DNA of 64,000 nt from Terriglobia bacterium. GTDB taxonomy: Bacteria; Acidobacteriota; Polarisedimenticolia; Polarisedimenticolales; JAIQFR01. Below the pieces are notes generated by a model that saw only the letters and a program-made list of their open reading frames with translations, had not been told where the DNA came from and searched no databases. Positions 21,193 through 30,887 of the stretch are shown piece after piece. The translations under genes and the position numbers were made by a program. How positions within the stretch are numbered: the first letter of the stretch is position 1; each line of letters begins with the position of its first letter. The stretch covers positions 1,120,001-1,184,000 of the forward strand of contig CAVVHE010000004.1 in assembly GCA_963748015.1 (NCBI GenBank), given 5' to 3'.

Positions 21193-22045
21193 CCCGCGAG
21201 CCCTCCGTCGACCCGGGCGGCGGCTGCTGCAGGTCGTACCAGCGGAGCGCGGCCTCGACGCGAGCCTTTTCGCGCCGCCCGGCCTCGATCTCCCGGTACC
21301 AGCCCGGGTAGTGGTGACGGAGAAGCTTACCGGAGATCCTACCGTTGAGCCACATGCGGCTCATCGGGAACACCTCGGGATTCAGGTGGACGCAGTACAT
21401 GTGCCAGATGATGATCGCGAGGAAGGCGAGAAGGGCCTCGAACCCGTGGACCAGCTTGATGATGTCGATCGCCGGCTTGGGGAACAGCGCGAAGGCCGCC
21501 TCGAAGAACCAGAGGCAGAGACCGGTGAGGATCATCACGAAATTGCCCCACACGATCGCGAGGTACTCGAACTTCTCGATCCAGTTGTACTTCCCGTACA
21601 GCGGCGCCTCGGCCCCCCGGAGCCACGGGCTCCGGTCGAAGAGCCCCTTGAGGATGCCGCGGCGGTAGAGCGCGTCGCCGAGGCCGAGCTTGTTCATCAC
21701 CGACTCGACGAGCTGCCGGGCGTCGACGATCTTCGGCATCATCTCGCGGAAGTAGAGACTCCCCTCCTCCGTGAGCATCACGTAGGCGACGTGCCACAGG
21801 CTGACGAAGATCAGCCCTCCTCCGGCGATGCGGTGGAGCAGCGAGCGCATGACGAAGGCCGACTTGCCGAGGCCGATCCACTCCCAGACCGGCCAGTTCG
21901 GGTAGATCAGCGGGAATCCCGTCACGACGAGCGTCAGGAAGGTGACGATGATCAGCAAGTGCTGGAGCCGCTGCTGAATCGTCATCCGGACGAAGATCTC
22001 GTCGTCGCCGATGAAGGGCGACGCGCCGTGGGTTGCCTGGCTCAT
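21146..22045 (-). CDS. Cytochrome b (FdnI/CbcL C-terminal-like) integral membrane subunit
   Basis: QRLQH, LLHRIAG, KYNWIEKFEYLA.VWG, LVHGFEALLA, IIWHMYCVH. ATG overlaps the stop of the upstream cytochrome c. Confidence 0.88.
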   Translation of the reverse strand: MSQATHGASPFIGDDEIFVRMTIQQRLQHLLIIVTFLTLVVTGFPLIYPNWPVWEWIGLGKSAFVMRSLLHRIAGGGLIFVSLWHVAYVMLTEEGSLYFREMMPKIVDARQLVESVMNKLGLGDALYRRGILKGLFDRSPWLRGAEAPLYGKYNWIEKFEYLAIVWGNFVMILTGLCLWFFEAAFALFPKPAIDIIKLVHGFEALLAFLAIIIWHMYCVHLNPEVFPMSRMWLNGRISGKLLRHHYPGWYREIEAGRREKARVEAALRWYDLQQPPPGSTEGSRDGGGHDGKGSRGAGR

Positions 22046-23279
22046 GCGCCGCTCCTTGCCGACAGCCGGGCCCGGGCCCACCACCAGAGGTCCACCAGGA
22101 TCAGCACGACGAACCCGCCGATGACCGACCAGATCAGCGACAGGTAGACCCGCTTCACCAGCCACGCCCAGTAGTTGTCCTCCGGGAGGTCGCGCACGTG
22201 GATCTTCCCCGTCGCGAAGTTCTGGCCTGCCTGCGGATGGCACTTGCCGCAGGTCCGGGTGACGTTGGCGGGGTTGATGCTCGACTTCGGGTCGCTCGAC
22301 GGCCGGATGTCGTGGGAGCCGTGGCAGGAGGCGCAGTTGGCGACCGTGGCGTCGCCGAACCGGCTGGCCGCGCCGTGGTACGACCCGGTAAAGGTCGAAA
22401 GGCGGGCCGCGGCGATCCCGTACTCCTTCGCGAGCTTCTCGTTCTCGTGGCAATGGGAGCAGGTCTTCGCGACGTGGGTCGGCGCCACGGGCGAGGTGGG
22501 GTCCTTCGGACCGCTGATCGAGTGCTCGCTGTGACAGCCGGTGCAAGTCGGGACGTCGGCGTTCCCCTTCGCGAGCGCCACGCCGTGCACGCTCTCCTTG
22601 AAGTGGTCGGCGATCTCCGAGTGGCACATCCCGCAGGTGCCGGCGACGTTCGCGTGGGTGATCGGGGAGTTCGCGTCCTTGTGGGACACGTTGTCGTGGG
22701 CCCCGTGGCAGGTGGTGCAGGTGGGGGCGGAGCCGTTGCCGGAAAGGAGCTGCTGGTAGTGCGTGCCGTGCTGGAAAGCCGCCGCCGATTCCCGGACCGG
22801 GAGGTTGTGCTCGGCGGCCAGCTTCGGGTCGGCGTGGCATCTGAGGCAGGTCGTCGGCTGGTTGAGCGGGGCGACCTTCGAGGCCTTGTTCCCCGCCTTG
22901 AGCACGTCGTGACCGCCGTGACAGGACCAGCAGCGCGGGGAGTGGGCCTCCGTCTGCTGGTGCGCGGAGCGCTCCACCGCCTGCGCCTCCTTGTCGTGGC
23001 AGCCGGCGCAGGCCGGCGGGGCCGTCTTGCCGTGAGGAAAGTCCTTGGCGCCCGCGAGATCCGCGTGGCAGTCGGTGCAGGAGATTCCCGCGCTCCCGTG
23101 GACCGACGCCTCGAGCGCCTTCGCGTCCACGTCGAGCTCGGGCTTCCCCAGATTCCCCCCGAGTGGCACTCGAGGCACGCGGCATCGCCCCCGCCCGCCG
23201 CGGCCCGGGCCCCGCCCGGGATCGCGGCGGCCGCCGCGAGGAGAAGGCCGATCGTCGAAGCCCGGCGCATCCTCATCAT
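22042..23279 (-). CDS. 11-heme cytochrome c with C-terminal membrane anchor (CbcL-like periplasmic part); apparent frameshift in a G6 tract at 23155-23160
   Basis: Signal peptide and CLECH in one frame; ten more CxxCH and a TM helix in another. One extra G gives CLECHSGGNLGKPELDV, which aligns with the paralog CLDCHTGGALDKPRLDV. Confidence 0.85.
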
Positions 23280-23334
23280 CTTTCGGCTCCGCCCACACCC
23301 CGCCGCTGCGACGGTCCGGTGGGCCCGCTCGATT

Positions 23335-23350
23335 AGCAATTCGCGAGCCA
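23335..23350 (-). promoter_or_regulatory. Sigma54 -24/-12 promoter upstream of the 11-heme cytochrome operon
   Basis: TGGCTCG-CGAA-TTGCT (consensus TGGCACG-N4-TTGCW), about 55 bp before the start. Confidence 0.7.
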
Positions 23351-23451
23351 CGGTCGCGAGACGCCCAACCGCGGAGTTATCGCGCTTCGCGGCCGCGCGA
23401 GAAACAGATTCCTGCGCCAAAATCCGCAGCGCCTCCTAGCCGCCCGATCGG

Positions 23452-26211
23452 TCAGCGGTAGCCGAACACCTCGGCCCACACGATCAGGAAGACCAGCGCG
23501 AGACCGATCACGAGGGCGATCGCGCCGAAGATCTTGAACCCCCGCACGACGTACGGCGGGAGCGGGTCGACGAGCTGGCCCTCGAGCCGTCCCGTCCGCA
23601 CGAGCTCCTCGTACTCGCGGGGACGGTCTTCCCGCAGCTCCTCGACCGGGACGCGGCCGGTGAAGATCACCGGGTCCATCGGGAACCGGTCGGGCCGGAA
23701 GTGAGTGTTGAAGAAGTGGATCGTGAAGATGAAGCCCGTGGCCAGGAGCGCCTCGTCCGAGTGGATGATCGTCGCGACGTTGATGAACCACCCCGGGAGC
23801 AGGTAGGTGAACAGCTCGGGGAACCAGAGCGTCAGCCCGGTCGAGCCGATGATCAGGACGCCCCAGAACACCGCCAGGTAGTCGAACTTCTCCCAGTAGG
23901 TCCAGCGCCCGTACTGCGGCCTCGGCCCGAGGCCCACGAACCACTTGAAGGTCGCGGTGAAGTCCTTGAGATCTCCGACGTTCGGGATCATCGAGTCCTG
24001 GCCGAAGACGAACTTCACCCACGATTTCCCGGACGCGCGCTTCTTCCGGAACACGTCCCACAGGTGGATGCCGAAGTAGGCGAACGTGATCACGGCGCAG
24101 ACGCGGTGGATGAAGCCCGCCGCCTGGAAGCCGCCGACCGCGGCGGCGATCCACGTCGCCCAGGGCAGGTACGAGAACTTCAGGCTCATCCCGGTGACCG
24201 CGAGGCCGAGGAAGCTCGTGATGACCATCAGGTGGAGCACCCGGTACAGCTGCGGGAAGCGCCGGAACTCCTTGCCGTGGGGGGTGGTCTCGATCTTCTT
24301 CCGGTGCTTCATCAGCTGCCACGATTTCGGCAGCCAGAGCAGCGTGTGAACGCCGAAGACCGTCAGGGTGCCGACCAGGAGCGTCGTCATGAACCAGAAC
24401 GACCAGTACAGCCACGGGTACTTGTGCCGGTCGTGGTGCGTGGCGTGGGTGAGGTAGCCCGCGAAACGCCGGTGCGAGCCCGGGTGACACTTGGCGCAGG
24501 TCGCCACGATGTTCTGGCGCGAGAGGTGGGACGCGGCCTCCGTCGGCGGCAGGATGTCGTGCGAGCCGTGGCAGTCGTAGCACTTGGCCGTCGTCATCCC
24601 GCCGAGCTTCGACGCCTTGCCGTGGAAGGTGTCGAAGTACGTCTCGGTCACTTCCTTGTGGCACTTCCCGCACTGGCCGAGGATCGCGACCTTGAACCCC
24701 TGGGTGTCGTGCCGGGCGATCTCGTGCGACGAGTGGCAGTCGTAGCAGGTGGGCAGCTTCTTGTCGCTCTTCGAGACCGCGGGCGAGTGGATGCTCCTCT
24801 CGAAGGTTTCGTAGATCCCGGTGTGGCACTTCCCGCAGGTAGACGGCAGGTTCGCGGCGTTCACGCTCGATGCCGGGTCCTCGTGCGGCAGGACGTGGTG
24901 CGCGGTGTGGCAGTCCGTGCACTTCGCCGTGGTCACGAGCCCGCTGGCCAGCAACCCCCTGCCGTGGATGGACTCGACGTAGTTCTCGACGACCCGCTTC
25001 TCTTCTCCCTTGTAGCGGACCGCCGCCTTGTTCCCCTCGCGGTGGCACTTGCCGCACAGCGCGGGGACGTTGGTCGGGAAGGTCGCCGACCGGAGATCCT
25101 TGCGGGCCCTTATCCCGTGGATGCCGTGGCAGTCGCGGCAAAGCGGGGCGTTCGGGTCGCCGCGCTCCACGAGCTTGCCGTGGGTGCTCGTCGCGTAGGT
25201 CTTCGAGACGTCGGCGTGGCAGATCGAGCAGTCCACCTTGGTGCGAATCGTCGCGCAGGGCCTCCCCTTGGCCGCGGGATCGGTCCCGGTGTGGCACTGG
25301 GCGCAACGCGTGTTCCGGTGGATCGAGTCGTGAACCTCGTCCGGGCTCACGTGGAGCGAGACGGCCTTTCCCTCCCGCGTCGTCGCGAGCTTCGGATCGG
25401 CGTGGCACTTCAGGCACTGCTCGTCCGAGATCCCCTGGTCGTAGAAGATCTTTCGCACGCGGTGCGGCTGGTGGCAATCCACGCACGCGGGGACCTCGTT
25501 CGGCGCCTTCTGCCACAGCTCGCCCCGGATCACCTTCTGGTGCACCTGCTCGATGAGCGAATGGCACTGCTCGCAGGTCCTCGCCACGTTCTTCCGGTTG
25601 ATGCTGGACCGGGGGTCCGTGTGCGGCAGGAGGTTGTGGGAGGTGTGGCAGTCGATGCAGACCGCGACGACGGTCAGCCCGCGCTTCAGGAGCCCCTCGC
25701 CGTGGATGCTCTCGGAGTAGTGCTCGAGGATCTTGTCCTGCGGAATGTCGTAGGTCCGGGTGACCGGGGTCCCCTCCTTGTGGCAGCTGCCGCACAGGAA
25801 CGGGATTCTCGCCCGCGCGACCCTCGCGCCGGGGGACTTGACGGCCTCCACGTCGTGGCCCCCGTGGCAGGTGGGGCAGCGGGGAGCGAGCTTCGCTCCC
25901 TTCCTCACCTCCTGCCCGTGGAGGCTTCCGTCGTAGGTCTTCGCGATGTCCGCGTGGCAGCTTCCGCAGTCCACCGGAGCCACCTTGCCGTGAGGGAAGT
26001 CCGTCACCCCGGCCAGCGACTGATGGCAGTCGGCGCACCCGATCCCCGCCTTGCCGTGGACCGAAGCCGCGAGGGTCTCGACCTTCACGTCGAGCCGCGG
26101 CTTGTCGAGCGCGCCGCCCGTGTGACAGTCGAGACACGGGTCCTCGGCCCGCGCGGCGGAGACCGCGGCGGCCAGGACCGCGAGGAAGAGCAGAGCAACG
26201 AGCCGTCTCAT
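23452..26211 (-). CDS. 19-heme cytochrome c fused to cytochrome b (extended CbcL-like quinol:cytochrome c oxidoreductase)
   Basis: Signal peptide (MRRLVALLFLA...ARA), 19 CxxCH, then a TM region with RVLH, IHRVCA, WTYWEKFDYLAVFWG, IIHSDEALLA, IHFFNTH. Confidence 0.92.
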   Translation of the reverse strand: MRRLVALLFLAVLAAAVSAARAEDPCLDCHTGGALDKPRLDVKVETLAASVHGKAGIGCADCHQSLAGVTDFPHGKVAPVDCGSCHADIAKTYDGSLHGQEVRKGAKLAPRCPTCHGGHDVEAVKSPGARVARARIPFLCGSCHKEGTPVTRTYDIPQDKILEHYSESIHGEGLLKRGLTVVAVCIDCHTSHNLLPHTDPRSSINRKNVARTCEQCHSLIEQVHQKVIRGELWQKAPNEVPACVDCHQPHRVRKIFYDQGISDEQCLKCHADPKLATTREGKAVSLHVSPDEVHDSIHRNTRCAQCHTGTDPAAKGRPCATIRTKVDCSICHADVSKTYATSTHGKLVERGDPNAPLCRDCHGIHGIRARKDLRSATFPTNVPALCGKCHREGNKAAVRYKGEEKRVVENYVESIHGRGLLASGLVTTAKCTDCHTAHHVLPHEDPASSVNAANLPSTCGKCHTGIYETFERSIHSPAVSKSDKKLPTCYDCHSSHEIARHDTQGFKVAILGQCGKCHKEVTETYFDTFHGKASKLGGMTTAKCYDCHGSHDILPPTEAASHLSRQNIVATCAKCHPGSHRRFAGYLTHATHHDRHKYPWLYWSFWFMTTLLVGTLTVFGVHTLLWLPKSWQLMKHRKKIETTPHGKEFRRFPQLYRVLHLMVITSFLGLAVTGMSLKFSYLPWATWIAAAVGGFQAAGFIHRVCAVITFAYFGIHLWDVFRKKRASGKSWVKFVFGQDSMIPNVGDLKDFTATFKWFVGLGPRPQYGRWTYWEKFDYLAVFWGVLIIGSTGLTLWFPELFTYLLPGWFINVATIIHSDEALLATGFIFTIHFFNTHFRPDRFPMDPVIFTGRVPVEELREDRPREYEELVRTGRLEGQLVDPLPPYVVRGFKIFGAIALVIGLALVFLIVWAEVFGYR

Positions 26212-26272
26212 CCAGGTGCCTCGTTGGGGGCGCGAGCTCTCGCCCCCGGGCCGGGATTGGATGGGTCGATTT

Positions 26273-26288
26273 TGCAAGCCGCGGGCCA
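26273..26288 (-). promoter_or_regulatory. Sigma54 -24/-12 promoter upstream of the 19-heme gene
   Basis: TGGCCCG-CGGC-TTGCA, about 60 bp before the ATG. Confidence 0.65.
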
Positions 26289-26491
26289 TACTAATCCAAG
26301 CGGGGGCGAAGCCGGCCACCCGCTCTGCAGGCTCTCTTCCGGATGAAAACCGCCTCTTTGGGTGGCGGCTCGCCCGCCGGGAAACCCGCACCTGGGGGAA
26401 ATGGCGCAGGCCCGGTGTCTCGGGGACCGTGAAACGACGCGGCGGCGGACCGCTCGAGCGGCCCGCCGCCGTGAATTCCGGAAGGAACCGG

Positions 26492-28798
26492 TCAACGGAC
26501 CGGGGCTTCGACCTGCGCCTGGACGAACGCCGCCGGCTGCCCTCCCCTACGGGCCATGACCGCCGTGATCGCCGTGATGTTGACGATCTCGCTGACCGAC
26601 GAGTAGTGGTTCAGGACGTTCACCGGACGCTTCAACCCCATCAGGATCGGCCCGATGACCTCCGCCCCCGCGAGGTGCTGCACCAGCTTGTACGCCACGT
26701 TCCCGGAGGTGAGCCCGGGGAAGATCAGCACGTTCGCGTCCCCGGCGATCTTCGAGTGCGGGAAGGTCGTCTGGCAGATCTCCGGCACGAGCGCCGTGTC
26801 GGCCGCCATCTCGCCGTCGACGACGAGCCCGGGAGCGAGCTTCTTCGCGATCTCGGTCGCCCGGCGCATCTTGTCGGTGAACGGGTGCTTGACCGAGCCG
26901 AAGTTGCTGAACGAGAGCATCGCGACCCGCGGCTCGATGCCGAAGTCCTCCCTCGCGATGAGGGCGGACATCAAGGCGATCTCGGCCAGCTCCTCGGCGC
27001 TCGGGTCGATGTTCACCGTGGCGTCGGCGAAGAACAGCACCTTGTCCTTGAGCACCATGCAGTACATCCCGGCGACGCGGGACACGCCGTCCTTGAGCTG
27101 GATGATCTGGAGCGCCGGCCGGATCGTGTCGGGGTACGAGCGGTTGAGGCCGCAGACAAGGCCGTCCGCGTCCTGGCTCTGGACCATCATCACGCCGAAG
27201 TAGTGCGGGTCCTTGAGGAGCCGGCTCGCCTCGAACGGCGTCACGCCCGCGCGCTGCCGGAGCTCGAACAGCCGCTTCGCGTAGGCGTCGGCCTTGCCGG
27301 ACTTGAGATGGTCCACGATCTCGACGCCGGAGAGGTCGAGCCCCAGCTCCGCGACGTGGGCCTTGATCTGGTCGGCGTCGCCGAGGAGAACGGGCTCGGC
27401 GATCTTGTCGTCCACGATCTGCTGGCAGGCGCGGAGGACCTTCTCCTCGCCCCCCTCGGGGAACACGATGCGCTTGCTCTTGCTGCGGATTGCCTTCTGG
27501 CGGACCACCCGCATCACCTCGCGCCCCCGTCCGAGGATCCGGCGCTCGAGCACCGCCACGTACTCGTCCCAGTCGGTGATGGGGTTGCTGGCCACCCCGG
27601 TTTCGACGGCGGCCTTCGCCACCGCCGGCGTCTCCCACGTCAGGACGCGGGGGTCGAACGGCTTCGGGATGATGTACTCGGGGCCGAACGAGAACCGCTC
27701 GCCGCCGTACGCCTTGATCACGACGTCGGGTACGTCCTCCTTGGCGAGCTTCGCGAGGGCGTGGGCGGCGGCGATCTTCATCTCGTCGTTGATGGCTCGC
27801 GCCCTCACGTCCAGCGCGCCGCGGAAGATGAACGGGAAGCCGAGCACGTTGTTGACCTGGTTCGGGTAGTCGGAGCGGCCGGTCGCCATGATCAGGTCGG
27901 AGCGCACCGCTTTCGCGTCGGGATAGGTGATCTCGGGATCCGGGTTGGCCATGGCGAAGATGATCGGGTTCTTCGCCATCGAGCGGACCATGTCCTGCGT
28001 GACCATCCCCTTCACCGACACCCCGACGAACACGTCCGCGTCCTTCATCGCGTCGCCGAGGGTCTGGCAAGAGGTCTTCCTGCGGTAGGCCTCCTTGTAG
28101 GGGTTCATCTTCTCGCGCCCTTCGTGCAAGACCCCCTTGCTGTCCACCATCAGCAGGTTCTTGGGATCCACCCCCAGCGAGACGTACATGTTGGCGCAGG
28201 CGATGCCGGCGGCCCCGGCGCCGCAGAACACGACGCGGACCTTCTTGATGTCCTTCTTGACGATCTCGAGCGCGTTCAAGAGGGCGGCGCCGCTGATGAT
28301 CGCGGTCCCGTGCTGGTCGTCGTGGAAGACCGGGATCTTCATCTCCTTCTTGAGCGTCTCCTCGATGTAGAAGCACTCCGGCGCCTTGATGTCCTCCAGG
28401 TTGATGCCGCCGAAGGTCGGCTCGAGGAGCCTGACGCACTTGATGATCTCGTCCGCGTCGTGGGTGTCGAGCTCGATGTCGAACACGTCCACGTCGGCGA
28501 AGCGCTTGAACAGGACGCCCTTGCCCTCCATGACCGGCTTGCCCGCGAGCGCGCCGATGTCGCCGAGGCCGAGGACCGCCGTCCCGTTGCTGACCACCGC
28601 CACGAGGTTCCCCTTCCCGGTGTACTTGAAGGCGTCGCTCGGGTTGTCGCGGATCCTGAGACAGGGAACTGCAACTCCCGGCGTGTACGCCATGGAGAGG
28701 TCCCGCTGCGTCAGGCAGGGCTTCGAGGGGACCACCTCGATCTTCCCCGGGCGTCCCTGGCTGTGGTAGTCGAGCGCGTCGCTGTCACGGATGATCAT
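26492..28798 (-). CDS. maeB: NADP-dependent malic enzyme with C-terminal phosphotransacetylase-like domain
   Basis: [56 protein letters not shown]-like domain (DGEM, GPILMG). Confidence 0.97.
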   Translation of the reverse strand: MIIRDSDALDYHSQGRPGKIEVVPSKPCLTQRDLSMAYTPGVAVPCLRIRDNPSDAFKYTGKGNLVAVVSNGTAVLGLGDIGALAGKPVMEGKGVLFKRFADVDVFDIELDTHDADEIIKCVRLLEPTFGGINLEDIKAPECFYIEETLKKEMKIPVFHDDQHGTAIISGAALLNALEIVKKDIKKVRVVFCGAGAAGIACANMYVSLGVDPKNLLMVDSKGVLHEGREKMNPYKEAYRRKTSCQTLGDAMKDADVFVGVSVKGMVTQDMVRSMAKNPIIFAMANPDPEITYPDAKAVRSDLIMATGRSDYPNQVNNVLGFPFIFRGALDVRARAINDEMKIAAAHALAKLAKEDVPDVVIKAYGGERFSFGPEYIIPKPFDPRVLTWETPAVAKAAVETGVASNPITDWDEYVAVLERRILGRGREVMRVVRQKAIRSKSKRIVFPEGGEEKVLRACQQIVDDKIAEPVLLGDADQIKAHVAELGLDLSGVEIVDHLKSGKADAYAKRLFELRQRAGVTPFEASRLLKDPHYFGVMMVQSQDADGLVCGLNRSYPDTIRPALQIIQLKDGVSRVAGMYCMVLKDKVLFFADATVNIDPSAEELAEIALMSALIAREDFGIEPRVAMLSFSNFGSVKHPFTDKMRRATEIAKKLAPGLVVDGEMAADTALVPEICQTTFPHSKIAGDANVLIFPGLTSGNVAYKLVQHLAGAEVIGPILMGLKRPVNVLNHYSSVSEIVNITAITAVMARRGGQPAAFVQAQVEAPVR

Positions 28799-28898
28799 GG
28801 ATGCCGTCCTTTCCCTGGCCCCCGCCGCTCGCGGAGACTCCGCCAGCGGCCGGTGGGCTCGTCGTCGTCCTCGATTTTCCCGCCCCGTGCCGAAGGGC

Positions 28899-29465
28899 CT
28901 ACCGCCCTCCCTTCGCGCTCCGCTTCGCCTTCTTCCCGCCCCGCGCCGCCGGAGCGCGGCGAGTCGCCCGCGCGCCCGCGCTCGCGGCCGAACGCCGCGG
29001 CGAGACGCCCCGGCCGTAGACCTTCAGGACGTCGATCGCGGTGATGATCCCGGCGACCTTTCGCCCCGAGCGGACGATCACCCGGTGGATGTGCCTTCGG
29101 GTCATCATGCGCGCCACCGCGTCCACGTCCGCGGTCTCGAGCACCGAGTGCACGACCGGGGTCATGACGTCGGCGACCCGCTGCACGTTGGAGTCCTCGA
29201 CCTGGAACCCCGCGGGCAGGTGCCGTCCCTCGACCTTGACGGTGTGATAGAAGTCGGACTCGAGGGTCAGCTCGTCGCCGCGGGTCAGCTGGTAGTAAAG
29301 GAGGTCGGTCTGCGAGATCACGCCGGCGAGATTCCCCTCGCCGTCGAGCACCGGCGCGCCCGTGATCCCCTTCTCGAGGAAGAGGCGGGCGAGATCCCGA
29401 AGATCCATGTCCTGGGGGACGCAGATCACGTCCTTGATCATGATGTCCCGGGCGGTGTGCTTCAT
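28899..29465 (-). CDS. CBS-domain pair protein
   Basis: ARDIM...V, GAPVLD...[25 protein letters not shown]...GIITAIDVL. Confidence 0.88.
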   Translation of the reverse strand: MKHTARDIMIKDVICVPQDMDLRDLARLFLEKGITGAPVLDGEGNLAGVISQTDLLYYQLTRGDELTLESDFYHTVKVEGRHLPAGFQVEDSNVQRVADVMTPVVHSVLETADVDAVARMMTRRHIHRVIVRSGRKVAGIITAIDVLKVYGRGVSPRRSAASAGARATRRAPAARGGKKAKRSAKGGR

Positions 29466-29512
29466 GGCGGGGCCTCCGGGCCGCTCTCGCGGCGGGCCCC
29501 ATCGTATCACTA

Positions 29513-29908
29513 TCACCGGACGATTCGGGGCCCTCCGATGACCCTCCGGGACTCCGCGGCGATGCCCTGGAGCGTGAACGGCTTCGCCACCACGCCGGCG
29601 GCTCCTTCCTGCTCCGCCTCGTCGGCATTCGGCGCGTTCGTGGAGGCCGTGACGAGCAACACCTTCACGTCCGGATAGAGGCGCCTCGCGTATCGGAGCA
29701 CCTCCATGCCGCTCACGTCGGGGAGGCGGAGGTCGAGGAGCACCAGGTCGTACTCGTAGCGGTCGAGCAGGCCCATCGCCTCGACGCCGCTCGACGCGGT
29801 GTCCACATCGTACCCCTCTCGGGCCAGCGCGATACGAAGGCTCATGCGGATGAGCGATTCGTCGTCGACGGCAAGGACCCTCGGGCGGGAATGCATGCGC
29901 TCGCTCAC
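29513..29908 (-). CDS. Single-domain response regulator (receiver)
   Basis: LAVDDE, LVLLDLRLPDVSG, VTA, KPF. Confidence 0.9.
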   Translation of the reverse strand: MSERMHSRPRVLAVDDESLIRMSLRIALAREGYDVDTASSGVEAMGLLDRYEYDLVLLDLRLPDVSGMEVLRYARRLYPDVKVLLVTASTNAPNADEAEQEGAAGVVAKPFTLQGIAAESRRVIGGPRIVR

Positions 29909-29932
29909 CTGTCGCTCCTTCCCCGCCAGAAT

Positions 29933-29948
29933 TGCAAGACTGCGGCCA
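29933..29948 (-). promoter_or_regulatory. Sigma54 -24/-12 promoter upstream of the response regulator
   Basis: TGGCCGC-AGTC-TTGCA. Confidence 0.55.
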
Positions 29949-30424
29949 GCGCCCCGCCGCGCGGCAAATCGTTGCAGGACACCCTGTTATCGAGAAACGC
30001 CGCCCCTCTCCGGTCAAGTCGCCGGGGTGACGTGCGAGAGTTGACCTCAGCCGCTGGGCGAAATCCCGCAGGAAGGACGCAGACACCGCACAAAAAGGGC
30101 GCCGTTTCTCCGCGAGGACAGGCGTGTCCTCGCCGGTGAGCGACCGGCCCGAAAAGGAGCGCTCCCGGCGGTCCCCGGGCGGGCACGACGTTCGCATTAC
30201 TCACGCCCGATGCCTCCCGCTGCCGGCTCGACCGCGGCGCGGAAGGTGTCGGGAACGGGTACGGGCTGTGATATAAGAGAGTCGCTGCTGCTGCGTCGCC
30301 GCTCTTTGGATGGGCGTTTTCGTGCCGGGCGGAAGGCGCGTCACGCGCGAAGCGAGAGGGCGGTAGAAACATAGGAGGCCGGTGCCGCGCAGGGCGGCCG
30401 GCGGGGCGAAAAGGAGGCTCGAAC

Positions 30425-30784
30425 GTGAGGAGACTGGCGCTGCTGGTGGCCGGACTGTTCCTTGTCAGCATGTGCGTGATGGCCGCGGACATCCCGGCGG
30501 ACAAGGCAACGATCAAGTGGGAAACGAAGATGGGGACGGTCACGTTCCCGCACAAGGCCCACTCGGAGCGCGCGAAGTGCGCCGAGTGCCATCACACCAC
30601 GAAGGAAGGCGAGGCGGTCAAGGCGTGCGGCACGTGCCATGGCAAGGAAGCCACGGACAAGGCGCCGAAGCTGCAGGACGCCGCCCACAAGCTGTGCAAG
30701 GGCTGCCACGAGAAGACCGTGGCCGCCGGCAAGAAGGCCCCTGCGAAGGACTGCAAGGCCTGTCACGTGAAGCCCACCGCGTAG
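30425..30784 (+). CDS. Tetraheme class III cytochrome c3 (periplasmic)
   Basis: Signal peptide, VTFPHKAH...CAECHH, CGTCH, CKGCH, CKACH; Lys-rich. Confidence 0.93.
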   Translation: MRRLALLVAGLFLVSMCVMAADIPADKATIKWETKMGTVTFPHKAHSERAKCAECHHTTKEGEAVKACGTCHGKEATDKAPKLQDAAHKLCKGCHEKTVAAGKKAPAKDCKACHVKPTA

Positions 30785-30820
30785 TACGCGAGGGCAGGCT
30801 CGACCGCTGTGAGTCTTGTT

Positions 30821-30846
30821 CGGGGCGGCCCCCGCGGGCCGCCCCG
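30821..30846. terminator. GC-rich hairpin between the convergent c3 and rtcB genes
   Basis: CGGGGCGGCCC-ccgc-GGGCCGCCCCG, a perfect 11-bp stem; U-tract weak. Confidence 0.55.
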
Positions 30847-30887
30847 TTCCGTTCATGGCGAACGGAGCCGGCGACCCGTCCCGGTTA

